From: an uncultured Anaerolinea sp.
GTDB lineage: Bacteria > Chloroflexota > Anaerolineae > Anaerolineales > Anaerolineaceae
Length of the DNA stretch: 64,000 nucleotides
Direction of reading: 5' to 3'
Assembly: GCA_964468875.1 (NCBI GenBank)
Contig: CAYXWV010000011.1
Coordinates: 303-64,302 of the forward strand
This document shows positions 35,780 to 44,784 of this stretch, one piece after another; the stretch's first letter is position 1, and every line of letters begins with the position of its first letter. Both the position numbers and the translations under genes were made by a program. Below the pieces are notes generated by a model. The model had not been told where the DNA came from and did no database searches. It saw nothing but the letters and a program-made list of their open reading frames with translations.

Positions 35780-36499
35780 TTAATGATCACAAATAATTAC
35801 AATAGTATCCAATAATAAAGGCTTGCTTTTAATATTTTTCTCGACTTCTGGTCCTGTAATAATGCTTTTTGAAGTCTCATACAGACACATTTTCAAATCA
35901 ATCATCTTTAATCCAGCTTGAAAAGCTACCTTCAATAAAGTAAAAGGAGTGAACCAATACTTGTGATCAGAATTCACCTCCTCCTTGCCATTATTATATG
36001 CATTTAAAAGAAATGGTAAGCCAAATGCGTTTGGAACTGTAATAACCAGTTTATCAAAACTATCACCGTAATTCTGAACAATCTTTTTTAGGAAATCTAC
36101 TGGATTTTCAACATGTTCAAGAATTTCACCTAACAGTAGAAAGTCATAATGATCTTCTTCAATTTCTTTTATACCTGGTAAAGTGATATCGCCATAAAAA
36201 ACATTTGTAATTCCCTTATGTTTTATATATTTCAGAGCTTCTTTATTAATATCTATTCCGATACATTTTGATGATACATATGTGAGAAGGCTATGCAAAT
36301 AATTACCGGCATTCATTTTCATTTGAATAATCTCAACATGATCTGTACACCCTAAGTGAATTATTTTTTTTTCTGAAACTAAATCTAGTAAATAATCTGG
36401 GCGAAGACTCAGGGATTGGTATGGTTCGAACTGCAAAGAAACCATTAATTCGCCTGAACCATCAATAGCTTTTTTTACGACTTCTAAATCTTTTATCAT
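35780..36499 (-). CDS. Class I SAM-dependent methyltransferase
   Basis: 239 aa. Motif I-like IIHLGCTD, then CIGIDINKEAL and FDFLLLGEILEHVENPVDFLKKI. Confidence 0.65.
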   Translation of the reverse strand: MIKDLEVVKKAIDGSGELMVSLQFEPYQSLSLRPDYLLDLVSEKKIIHLGCTDHVEIIQMKMNAGNYLHSLLTYVSSKCIGIDINKEALKYIKHKGITNVFYGDITLPGIKEIEEDHYDFLLLGEILEHVENPVDFLKKIVQNYGDSFDKLVITVPNAFGLPFLLNAYNNGKEEVNSDHKYWFTPFTLLKVAFQAGLKMIDLKMCLYETSKSIITGPEVEKNIKSKPLLLDTIVIICDH

Positions 36500-36515
36500 G
36501 TTATCATCCCGTCGC

Positions 36516-38123
36516 TTATTTACTTATCGAATAAAAAAAGTCTTCAATATTCTGAACAATATGTTCAAAACTAAACTTCTTTGCAGTTTGTAAACCATTC
36601 TCTGAAAGTAACTTCCTTGCGGATTCATTCTGCATTAAAAACAAAATTGATTCAGCAAAGGTATTAACATCCCCTTGATCAATTATGAGACAGTTTTCAC
36701 CTGTTTTACCATATGTATTTATTCCTCCGCAATCTGTTGAGATTACTGGCGTGCCAGATGCCATTGCTTCAATGGGTGGCATAGGAAATGATTCATATAC
36801 AGATGTGAAAATGAAAATATCCGAAGTTCTGTATAATTTTGCTAGTTCCGCTTGTGAAACCATCTCAAAGAATTCAACAGGAAAACCCAAACCAGAAATA
36901 GAAGGTTTTACTTGACCTGCCCACTTCACCGTAAATCTTCCGCCCAAAGCCCACACTTTATTGAGAACATCAAACGCAAAAGGAAAATTTTTAAAACCCA
37001 ACTCGGGATTGCCAACAAGTAGTATTGTATTGGTAAACTTTTTTTCAATTTCCGGCTTGTAAAAATTTAAATCAATTCCGTTATACAAGATTGTTGATTC
37101 AATATTGTATCTTGCTTGAAGAATATCAGAAACAATATCAGCTACAGCTAGATAATGGGCATTAGTGTGATATAGGTCATTGTATTTCTTTCGAATTTCA
37201 TTACTACTAGAAATTAACGCTCCATAATCACCATATAATAATTCATATCCTTGCTCCCAATAAACAAGAGGAATCTTCGATTTTAGATAACTAGGGATGA
37301 GGCTAATAAAACCGCAAAGTAAGACATCCACCTTTTGGTTTAATCGATAAACATCCTCAAGTGAAGTAACAATAATTTGTCCATTAATATCATGATCTAA
37401 ATTAATATCACTCCAACCAGGTATTGCATTATCACCTTTTTTACCTTGATAAATTGCATAAACTTCATGCCCTCTCTTGTGTAATTGTCTCATCTGTTCT
37501 AAGAGACATTTAAGTCCTCCAGTAAGCTTGTGGTGTGGCAAAATATACCCAATTCTTAGTTTCTCTTTCTTTTCTGAATATGGTTTTACAAATTTTTTCT
37601 TGTTCTCAAGACTAATTAACTGAGGGAAAAAACTATAGAATTGAATTTGGCCATAAATAGTCTTTTCAACAGAAAAATTGAAATCAAAATCTTTGAATAA
37701 AGTCGGATGATATACACGTGTCAGGTGCTTTTCTGAATCAGCTTGGTTGATGGTTAACAATGGAGTAATAATAAGAAGTGATTTAAGCACGTGTCTTAGA
37801 AGCACCTCAATTAATTCAATGGTTGCATCTTGAGCCAGATATTCAATAACATCTGTTACTAGAATGCAGTCATAGTTCTGTAATGTTTCGTCATCAATTA
37901 AGGCATTTTTCGAGTATATTTTTTGACCTTCGTAATCGATATCTTCGTGACCATCCATCGGGAGTTTATCAATAGAGATAGTCTTTTTGTTTTCTTTTAG
38001 AATGTCTTGGAGAAACTTTACAAATTTACTTGTCGATTGACCAATGACTAAAACTGAATTTGGTCTTTCTGAAAGAATAAACTTTTTAATAGTTGGAACA
38101 ATTTCATAAAAACTTATATACAT
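36516..38123 (-). CDS. Methyltransferase-like N-domain fused to a GT4-family glycosyltransferase
   Basis: 535 aa. The N-terminus has VLVIGQS...CILVTDVIEYLAQD. The C-terminus has FIFTSVYESFPMPPIEAMASGTPVISTDCGGI (GT-B / GT4 EX7E region). Confidence 0.75.
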   Translation of the reverse strand: MYISFYEIVPTIKKFILSERPNSVLVIGQSTSKFVKFLQDILKENKKTISIDKLPMDGHEDIDYEGQKIYSKNALIDDETLQNYDCILVTDVIEYLAQDATIELIEVLLRHVLKSLLIITPLLTINQADSEKHLTRVYHPTLFKDFDFNFSVEKTIYGQIQFYSFFPQLISLENKKKFVKPYSEKKEKLRIGYILPHHKLTGGLKCLLEQMRQLHKRGHEVYAIYQGKKGDNAIPGWSDINLDHDINGQIIVTSLEDVYRLNQKVDVLLCGFISLIPSYLKSKIPLVYWEQGYELLYGDYGALISSSNEIRKKYNDLYHTNAHYLAVADIVSDILQARYNIESTILYNGIDLNFYKPEIEKKFTNTILLVGNPELGFKNFPFAFDVLNKVWALGGRFTVKWAGQVKPSISGLGFPVEFFEMVSQAELAKLYRTSDIFIFTSVYESFPMPPIEAMASGTPVISTDCGGINTYGKTGENCLIIDQGDVNTFAESILFLMQNESARKLLSENGLQTAKKFSFEHIVQNIEDFFYSISK

Positions 38124-38194
38124 AAAAAATCCCTCTTTCTGTACTTTCTTTGTAATTGAGATTATTGAATGTGCTGATTAGATCTCTAATAAGC

Positions 38195-40171
38195 TCAATC
38201 TTTAATGTTGGAATAAATGAGGTTAAATACTTCTTCATCTTCTGGTTGAAATTTCAAATAGGTGGCAAGAGCAAAAAGGCCTTCTTTTTGTTGACCTCTT
38301 TCTATCCATCCTTTTCCGATTTTTTTTAATGCTTCAACAGGAGTAAGATTCATTAATTTAGCGATATTTTCAACATTACTTTGATATATTGAATTTTGAG
38401 GTTCTGTGATGAAGGCTTTTATAATTTTTTCAAGCGCTTCATCATTATTCTTTTCTGCAACTGCAATTATTGATTCAATATTATATGCTTCCGCAGAGTC
38501 TGAATTTATCATTTTTGCTTCATTAACTAAAAACCGAGCGAATTTAGTCTTCCCCAATTCTATTTGACAAACAGCAAGGTCATAATAATCCTGAAGACAG
38601 ATTTTGCTGACCGCTACTGAACTGATTATTGTCTCATATGAAGATTGCCACATCTTCTTATTTTTATATTTTTTTGCTAACTCTCTTAATGAGTCGCCTG
38701 ATTCAGATCTTCTTAATAATTCTTCTCCGATTGTATCCTCAGAATTTTTAGTATTTGTTTGCTTTTCTTTTACTCCAAGTTTTTTTTCTTGCAACCATTT
38801 ATATCTTGCTTTTTTTGCTTGAGAGTATTCTTTTTGAACAGCATAAACTTCCATCAGGTGAAAAAGACTATTTTCCTTAGAATAATTATTAGGCGGTAAT
38901 ACGTCGAAGAATATTTTGCTCTCATCATTTCGATTTGATACCCAATTAAAAAGTCTTTCTGCCTTCTGAAAATCAGCAAACTCATATAAATAAAATTCGG
39001 CTACAAATTGCATCATGCTAGAAATGCCATAAAAATCAATTTGTGAATCTATCAAAACTTTCTTAAGCTTTAAAAGATCGTCCTTTTCTTTGTAATAGTT
39101 CAATAGATAATAATAGGCTAATCCAAGATATCGCATACCTAACGCATCATCTGGAAGTGTATTTAATGTTTCCTCAAACTCACTAATTGCACCTTTAATA
39201 TTATTAAAATGTAATAAGGAAACACCCTTAATCAATTTAACATAATAATCATTTTGATGAAGAGCAAGATAATCATCACAAATCTTAATATTTCGTGTTA
39301 CTTTCGAATCCCATTCATTTTTATCAAGATTATCGTATCCAGTATGTTTGAATTGGATATTCGTGATACATTGTGTAATTCCTAGTTTATTTGCACTAGG
39401 CGTTAGTGTTTCATGAATTGGAAAGTCATATTTTAATCCGAGGTGATTCTTGATTAATCTCTGATTATCAGCAACATGATGACCATCATCACTACTAACA
39501 GTCGGACACACATAAATATCAGCTAAACCGCAAGTTACAGCATGCAATAACTTCGGTTTTTCATCATCCTCTATATATTCATCCGCATCTGTCCTTAAAA
39601 TCCAATCACAAGTCGCATATTTTAGACTCTCGTTTCGCGCTTCAGAAAAATCATTTGTCCATGCAAAATACACAACCCTTGCTCCGAAAGACTTCGCGAT
39701 TTCAACTGTTTTATCGGTAGATCCGGTATCTACAACAATTATTTCTTGAACAATGTCTTTATAAGAATTAAGGCACTTTTGTAAGTTGGCTTCTTCATTT
39801 TTTACTATCAGTACGAGAGAAATTGAAGGTACTTTATCAGGTTTAGTTTTATGGTGGAAATTTGCATTTATCGTTTTTCCATTAATTTTAATATTCTCTT
39901 TAACCAATTCTTTAAATGCAACGGTATTTGACGGATCGAGTAGAAGCTCATTATACAAATATAATCTTGCCAACCTGTTTTGGTTCATGTTTGTATAACA
40001 TAATCCAATTAGTAATTGAAGGTTTTTTACAGATGTACCCCTATTGTGTATTTCAATAAAAATGTCGTTCGCTTTAGAAAAATCACCACTGTTAAAATAA
40101 TTTAATCCTGTCTTCAATAATTTCTGTTCACTTGAGTCTAATCCTTTGTAATCCACCAAAAGCTTTCCCAT
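38195..40171 (-). CDS. TPR-flanked GT2-family glycosyltransferase
   Basis: 658 aa. GT-A core ISLVLIVKNEEANLQKCL...IIVVDTGSTDKTVEIA...NDFSEARNESLKYATCDWILRTDADE. TPR-like repeats sit on both sides of the core. Confidence 0.8.
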   Translation of the reverse strand: MGKLLVDYKGLDSSEQKLLKTGLNYFNSGDFSKANDIFIEIHNRGTSVKNLQLLIGLCYTNMNQNRLARLYLYNELLLDPSNTVAFKELVKENIKINGKTINANFHHKTKPDKVPSISLVLIVKNEEANLQKCLNSYKDIVQEIIVVDTGSTDKTVEIAKSFGARVVYFAWTNDFSEARNESLKYATCDWILRTDADEYIEDDEKPKLLHAVTCGLADIYVCPTVSSDDGHHVADNQRLIKNHLGLKYDFPIHETLTPSANKLGITQCITNIQFKHTGYDNLDKNEWDSKVTRNIKICDDYLALHQNDYYVKLIKGVSLLHFNNIKGAISEFEETLNTLPDDALGMRYLGLAYYYLLNYYKEKDDLLKLKKVLIDSQIDFYGISSMMQFVAEFYLYEFADFQKAERLFNWVSNRNDESKIFFDVLPPNNYSKENSLFHLMEVYAVQKEYSQAKKARYKWLQEKKLGVKEKQTNTKNSEDTIGEELLRRSESGDSLRELAKKYKNKKMWQSSYETIISSVAVSKICLQDYYDLAVCQIELGKTKFARFLVNEAKMINSDSAEAYNIESIIAVAEKNNDEALEKIIKAFITEPQNSIYQSNVENIAKLMNLTPVEALKKIGKGWIERGQQKEGLFALATYLKFQPEDEEVFNLIYSNIKD

Positions 40172-40304
40172 TTTATTTCATTCCTTAAAGAGTAGATAAT
40201 TACATCCTATCATGAAGACTGTACTTAAGTCTATTACAAAACCAGTATATCGGTCATTGTGATGATCCAATATAAAAATAAGATTAATAATATCAACTCA
40301 ACCC

Positions 40305-40332
40305 TTGTGATACAATGATACTATGATACAAT
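40305..40332 (+). promoter_or_regulatory. Candidate sigma-70 promoter for the CPBP gene, within three tandem GATACWAT octamers
   Basis: TTGTGA (40305-40310), a 16-nt spacer, then TACAAT (40327-40332). The octamers GATACAAT, GATACTAT and GATACAAT are tandem at 40309-40332. Confidence 0.3.
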
Positions 40333-40368
40333 TATTCAATCGAACCAATCATCTAGTAAAGGAAAAGA

Positions 40369-41463
40369 ATGAACGCTAATAATACAATTCCGTTGTCAGT
40401 TTCAAATGATGTTGAAAATAAAAAGAAAGTCAATTGGAAACAAGTTGGGCTGTTTGTCGGTTTAACCTTCTTGTTGACCTGGTCGCTTGACCTGGTGCTC
40501 TACCTGAACGGCGGACTCACCTGCCCCGCTGTCTCAATCGGGCTTCAACTTCAAATGCTGCTGCCGGCGTTTTCAGCCATGACGCTGCAATCATTTTTCT
40601 GTAAAGACAGTAAGTTATTCTTCAAAACCAACCGCTCCACCTCGCGATGGTTCGTGTGGTACTTCCTGGCATTCACTGTCGCTTACATTGCTGCATTTTT
40701 CGTGGCACTGGTCAAACCGTACAATATCCCTCAAATTTCTTCAATCATGCTGGTTCCTGGTGTTCTGGGTGTGGTGCTGGCAATTGTGCTGCGCCTGATC
40801 GGCGGAAAGGAATCCCTTTCCAGTTCTGGTCTTGGTGGTGGAAAACCTAAATACTGGATCCTTCTGGGCGTTGCTCTGATTGCATTTCTTGGGCTGCAAA
40901 CTCTGCTGAATTGGGTGTTTAAACTGGGCCAACCCGTTGACAACAGCCTCCTTGCCAACCAGGCTGCTATGATGGGGGTTCCATTTTCTGTGTTGATGGC
41001 TTTGGTGAGCGTTCAAACCATCATTCTTGGACCCTTCCTCGGGCTGCTCATTACCCTGGGTGAAGAGTATGGCTGGCGAGGTTTCTTGCAGCCTGCTTTA
41101 TCTGGCATTGGTCGTAAGTGGGCAGCCATCCTGGTCGGTGTGATTTGGGGTGCCTGGCATTGGCCTGTGATTTGGATGGGCTATAACTATCCGGGTCATC
41201 CCGTTCTGGGTTCAATTCTGTTTGTTTTCTACTGCATCATTTTGGCGGTTTTTCTCGCTTTCGCAATGTACAAGGCGAAAGGTGTTTGGATCGCCGCGTT
41301 TCTGCACGCCCTCCTCAACCAAACCGGCAGCTTTTTCATGGGCATTATTTACACACCCAATGATATGGCTTTTTCATTCGGCATTGGCATTTGGACCTTG
41401 CTGCTGTCCATCCCATTTGTGCTTTGGATTTTCCGCGACCCCGTTTGGAAAGAAACAGACTGA
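40369..41463 (+). CDS. CPBP-family intramembrane glutamic endopeptidase (CAAX protease/Abi)
   Basis: Polytopic protein with motifs EEYGWRGFLQP, GAWHWP and FLHALLNQ. Confidence 0.85.
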   Translation: MNANNTIPLSVSNDVENKKKVNWKQVGLFVGLTFLLTWSLDLVLYLNGGLTCPAVSIGLQLQMLLPAFSAMTLQSFFCKDSKLFFKTNRSTSRWFVWYFLAFTVAYIAAFFVALVKPYNIPQISSIMLVPGVLGVVLAIVLRLIGGKESLSSSGLGGGKPKYWILLGVALIAFLGLQTLLNWVFKLGQPVDNSLLANQAAMMGVPFSVLMALVSVQTIILGPFLGLLITLGEEYGWRGFLQPALSGIGRKWAAILVGVIWGAWHWPVIWMGYNYPGHPVLGSILFVFYCIILAVFLAFAMYKAKGVWIAAFLHALLNQTGSFFMGIIYTPNDMAFSFGIGIWTLLLSIPFVLWIFRDPVWKETD

Positions 41464-41472
41464 CCGATATTC

Positions 41473-41504
41473 AACAGGGGCACTTGATTTGAAGTGCCCC
41501 TGTT
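41473..41504. terminator. Bidirectional hairpin terminator between convergent genes
   Basis: AACAGGGGCACTT-GATTTG-AAGTGCCCCTGTT, a 13-bp stem lying between the CPBP stop and the glpD stop. Confidence 0.6.
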
Positions 41505-41522
41505 CTTATTACCTTTTTGCTC

Positions 41523-43184
41523 TTAAGCTTTCAGATATTGCTTTGCACTTTCCATTTCTTCTTTCTTTTTGCCGCTATTCCAATTTAGTTCTTTTGCCAT
41601 GATATCGGCGAACTCTTCCACGACTTCATCGGACGCATTCCCCAACCAGCCAATTGTTGACCTTCGGATAAACACATCAATCAGGTGCACCGGTTTCTCG
41701 GTTCTCACGAGATATACCAGTTCTGATGTATTCCAGTGAGCGATAGAAGACATGGGTTTTCCATGATTATTCTGGATGAATTCAGCAATCATGGCGGCAC
41801 GAGTGCCGTAGCGAGTAAGCAGTTCACTGCAGTATTCTTCCGCCAAAACAGATTTCGCCGCCAGTTTTCGGCAGTACTCTGCTTTATCATTCTTGGTCAG
41901 CGGTAGGTCTTTACCTCCCCGAAGCGGAAGTGCAGCGGTGCTGGCTTTTCTGCCTTTTGACAAGACACTCATGACTCTATCTGCCATTTGTTCAGAAAAA
42001 GCTCTAAAACTGGTCCATTTTCCACCAACCAGGCTGTAAACAGGTAAGCCGTTGACAGTATCTTCTTTAATACTGTGATCCCGGGTAATCTGCCCGGTTG
42101 TCTTGGCTTTCATGTATTCCAACGGTCTGACGCCTGAGAATCGGAAAACAATTTGGTCTCTGGTGATTTTGATGGTCGGGAACACACGGTCCACCAGCTC
42201 AATAAAATATTCTTCTTCTTCTGGGGTGCATTTTGCATCGTCAGGATGTTCAATGGGCAAGTCAGAAGTTCCGATGATCACCTTGTCAAAGAACGGCAGG
42301 CAAAGAACAATTCGACCGTCTTTGTTCTCAAAGAAGAATTCAGATTCGCCAACCGCCTTGCGTAACTCATCATTTTTGATAACAAGGTGTGATCCTTTGG
42401 TTCCACCGATGTATTTCGTTTCCAGTTTTGCCCGCTCATTGACCAGATCAATCCAGGGACCGGCAGCATTGATAATGATTTTCGGATTGACTTTAATCAT
42501 TGATCCAGATTCCTGGTCCTTAATTAATGCACTCTTTCCATCCATGCCTTCATATGATGCATAGTTCAATGCTTTGGCATGTTCGCCTTCATCTTCACCA
42601 TCGAGAATGACTTCAACTGTCATGCGTTCCGGGGAAAGAAGTTGACCGTCAAAATACAACGCGGTGTATTTGATCTTTTCGTTTAAATAGGGATACCTGG
42701 ACAATGCTTCCTGTTTTCCAAAGAACTTATGTCGGGGTACCGTCTTTTGCTTCCGCGTAAATGAATCATAGAATATTAACCCGATTTTGATCACCAACGC
42801 TCCGCGCTCTGAAGGTCTATCTAAAAGGTTCAGAAACTTCAGCGGTGCATTCAAAAGCCCAGAGAACACTTTAAAAATCGGGATCACGGTTGGTAAAGGC
42901 TGAACCAGGTGAGGCGCATTTTCAATCATGCGATTTCGTTCAGCAACGGCTTCTTCCACCAGGCGAAACTCGCCATTTTCAAGATAGCGTATGCCCCCAT
43001 GAGCCATGTGAGAAGAAGTTGCGGAAGTTCCGGAGCAGAAATCGTTCCGATCCACAATCAGGGTGTTTACCCCGTTGAGCGCCAGATCTCGATAAACCCC
43101 CGCACCGTTGATTCCCGCGCCAATAATGAGCACATCAACTTCTGGATTTTTTTGCAGTGATTCAATGATTGATTGACGGTCCAT
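41523..43184 (-). CDS. glpD: FAD-dependent glycerol-3-phosphate dehydrogenase
   Basis: N-terminal dinucleotide fold VDVLIIGAGINGAGVYRDLALNG, followed by SGTSATSSHMAHGGIRYLE. Confidence 0.85.
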   Translation of the reverse strand: MDRQSIIESLQKNPEVDVLIIGAGINGAGVYRDLALNGVNTLIVDRNDFCSGTSATSSHMAHGGIRYLENGEFRLVEEAVAERNRMIENAPHLVQPLPTVIPIFKVFSGLLNAPLKFLNLLDRPSERGALVIKIGLIFYDSFTRKQKTVPRHKFFGKQEALSRYPYLNEKIKYTALYFDGQLLSPERMTVEVILDGEDEGEHAKALNYASYEGMDGKSALIKDQESGSMIKVNPKIIINAAGPWIDLVNERAKLETKYIGGTKGSHLVIKNDELRKAVGESEFFFENKDGRIVLCLPFFDKVIIGTSDLPIEHPDDAKCTPEEEEYFIELVDRVFPTIKITRDQIVFRFSGVRPLEYMKAKTTGQITRDHSIKEDTVNGLPVYSLVGGKWTSFRAFSEQMADRVMSVLSKGRKASTAALPLRGGKDLPLTKNDKAEYCRKLAAKSVLAEEYCSELLTRYGTRAAMIAEFIQNNHGKPMSSIAHWNTSELVYLVRTEKPVHLIDVFIRRSTIGWLGNASDEVVEEFADIMAKELNWNSGKKKEEMESAKQYLKA

Positions 43185-43242
43185 AATACTCCTCGTTTGA
43201 TGGAATTAGTATTGAATCTACCTACACGAATCATTTCATTTT

Positions 43243-44097
43243 TTATTCCGACTTGTTAATATCCTCAACCACCTTTTTGGCTTTTCCTTTGCCAAGTTCA
43301 ATGGATCTTTCATATGCCGCCCAAATCGCGCGTGAAATCGCTGTGCGGAAACCGGCTTTTTCGAGATAATATAAAGCTTCGGCTGTGGTACCGCCAGGAG
43401 AGGTCACGTCGTTCCGAAGCCGGGCTGGATGTTCATGGTTCTGGCGGTAAAATTCAGTGCTTCCGCGTAAGGTCTCAACGACCAGTTTTTCGGCGATCCG
43501 CCGCGGAAATCCCATATGGACGCCGGCTTCAATCATGGCTTCCATAAAGAGAAACACATAAGCCGGACCGGTGCCAGAAAGAGCGGTGGCCATATCAAGA
43601 TAGCCCTCATCATCCACGAACACTTCTTCGCCCAGAGATTGAATGATCTCGCAGGCCAATATCTTTTTCTCTTCACTAACCTGGTCAGTAGCAACCCACA
43701 CGGTAATTCCCATGCCAATTTGCGCCGGTGTGTTGGGCATGGCGCGGATAATTTGCTCAATATTTAGTTTTTCTTTTAAAGTAGCAAGCGAGACGCCCGC
43801 CATAATGGAAATCACCAGGGCATCCGTTTTTATGTTGCCTTTGATGGCTTTAGCTGCCAGGTTCAACCCTTGCGGCTTTACTGCCAGGATCACAATATCT
43901 GCCTGCCCAACCACATCGCTGCTATCCACATGACCGTTTATCCCAAAGGAATTTTTTAACTCGTCAAGACGGTCAGGGGTGGGTTCAACTACAATCAGGT
44001 TTTTTGCATTCACCTTGCCGGTGCCAATCAAACTGGACACAATCGCCTTGCCCATGACACCAAAACCAATCACCGCGATCTTTAATTGATCCAACAT
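43243..44097 (-). CDS. proC: Pyrroline-5-carboxylate reductase
   Basis: Start taken at the ATG at 44097 with RBS GGAGAG. IAVIGFGVMGKAI, MPNTPAQIG and VTSPGGTTAEAL motifs are present. Confidence 0.9.
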   Translation of the reverse strand: MLDQLKIAVIGFGVMGKAIVSSLIGTGKVNAKNLIVVEPTPDRLDELKNSFGINGHVDSSDVVGQADIVILAVKPQGLNLAAKAIKGNIKTDALVISIMAGVSLATLKEKLNIEQIIRAMPNTPAQIGMGITVWVATDQVSEEKKILACEIIQSLGEEVFVDDEGYLDMATALSGTGPAYVFLFMEAMIEAGVHMGFPRRIAEKLVVETLRGSTEFYRQNHEHPARLRNDVTSPGGTTAEALYYLEKAGFRTAISRAIWAAYERSIELGKGKAKKVVEDINKSE

Positions 44098-44148
44098 AAT
44101 TACTCTCCACACTCAATGATTGGATAATTATACAGACAGGATGGATTT

Positions 44149-44784
44149 TTAGACAACCATTCGCCGTAACTTCATGGGGTCAACGGCAACTGGTTCCGCC
44201 ATTTGCCGGGCTGGATAGGGGCTTAACATGGTTTGTAGCTCTGCAACCGGTTTGTCTTCGAGCCACTGCCAGCAGGTGGATGAATCGAAAATCACCGGCA
44301 TGCGGTTATGATAATCCGCCAGCAATTCATTCGGCTCTGTGGTAATGATGGTGCAGGAATACAATTCATTCCCCTGGTTGTCCTGCCAGTACTCCCACAA
44401 CCCGGCAAAAGTGAACATTTTCTCTTCAGCCAGTTGAAAGAGGTAGGGTTGTTTGCGGGACCCTTCCTGCCGCCATTCATAGAATCCGCTGGCAGGAATC
44501 AGGCAGCGCCGACGAATAAAGGCGTTACGGAAGGAGGGTTTCTCAATCAGAGTTTCAGCCCGGGCATTGATCAGTTTATTGCCAATCGAAATATCTTTCG
44601 CCCAACCGGGTACCAACCCCCAACGGAATATATCAACACTGCGCTTGAGCCCGTTGGTCACCACCGGCACCCCCTCGCCGGGAGAGATATTCTCATTAGG
44701 AGCCAGTTCTGACGGCACTTCTGCCAGCCCCAGCAAATCTTTCATTTCTTCCGGGTCGTACATGATTGAAAACCGGCCGCACAT
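44149..44784 (-). CDS. yedK: SOS response-associated peptidase (SRAP/YedK family, abasic-site sensor)
   Basis: Start taken at the ATG at 44784 so that the product begins MCGRFS (catalytic Cys2). INARAETL, GFYEW and HNRMPVI motifs are present. Confidence 0.88.
   Translation of the reverse strand: MCGRFSIMYDPEEMKDLLGLAEVPSELAPNENISPGEGVPVVTNGLKRSVDIFRWGLVPGWAKDISIGNKLINARAETLIEKPSFRNAFIRRRCLIPASGFYEWRQEGSRKQPYLFQLAEEKMFTFAGLWEYWQDNQGNELYSCTIITTEPNELLADYHNRMPVIFDSSTCWQWLEDKPVAELQTMLSPYPARQMAEPVAVDPMKLRRMVV

Noticed and set aside
40231-40263. CTTAAG ... TATATCGG, resembling the sigma-28 motif
   Set aside because: The CCGATA-like element is in the wrong orientation for a plus-strand promoter. 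The elements are in the wrong order for a minus-strand promoter. The spacing also does not fit N14.
41222-41602. 126-aa plus-strand ORF overlapping the CPBP 3' end, the terminator and the glpD 3' end
   Set aside because: It crosses a strong bidirectional terminator and two well-supported genes, so it is an artefact.
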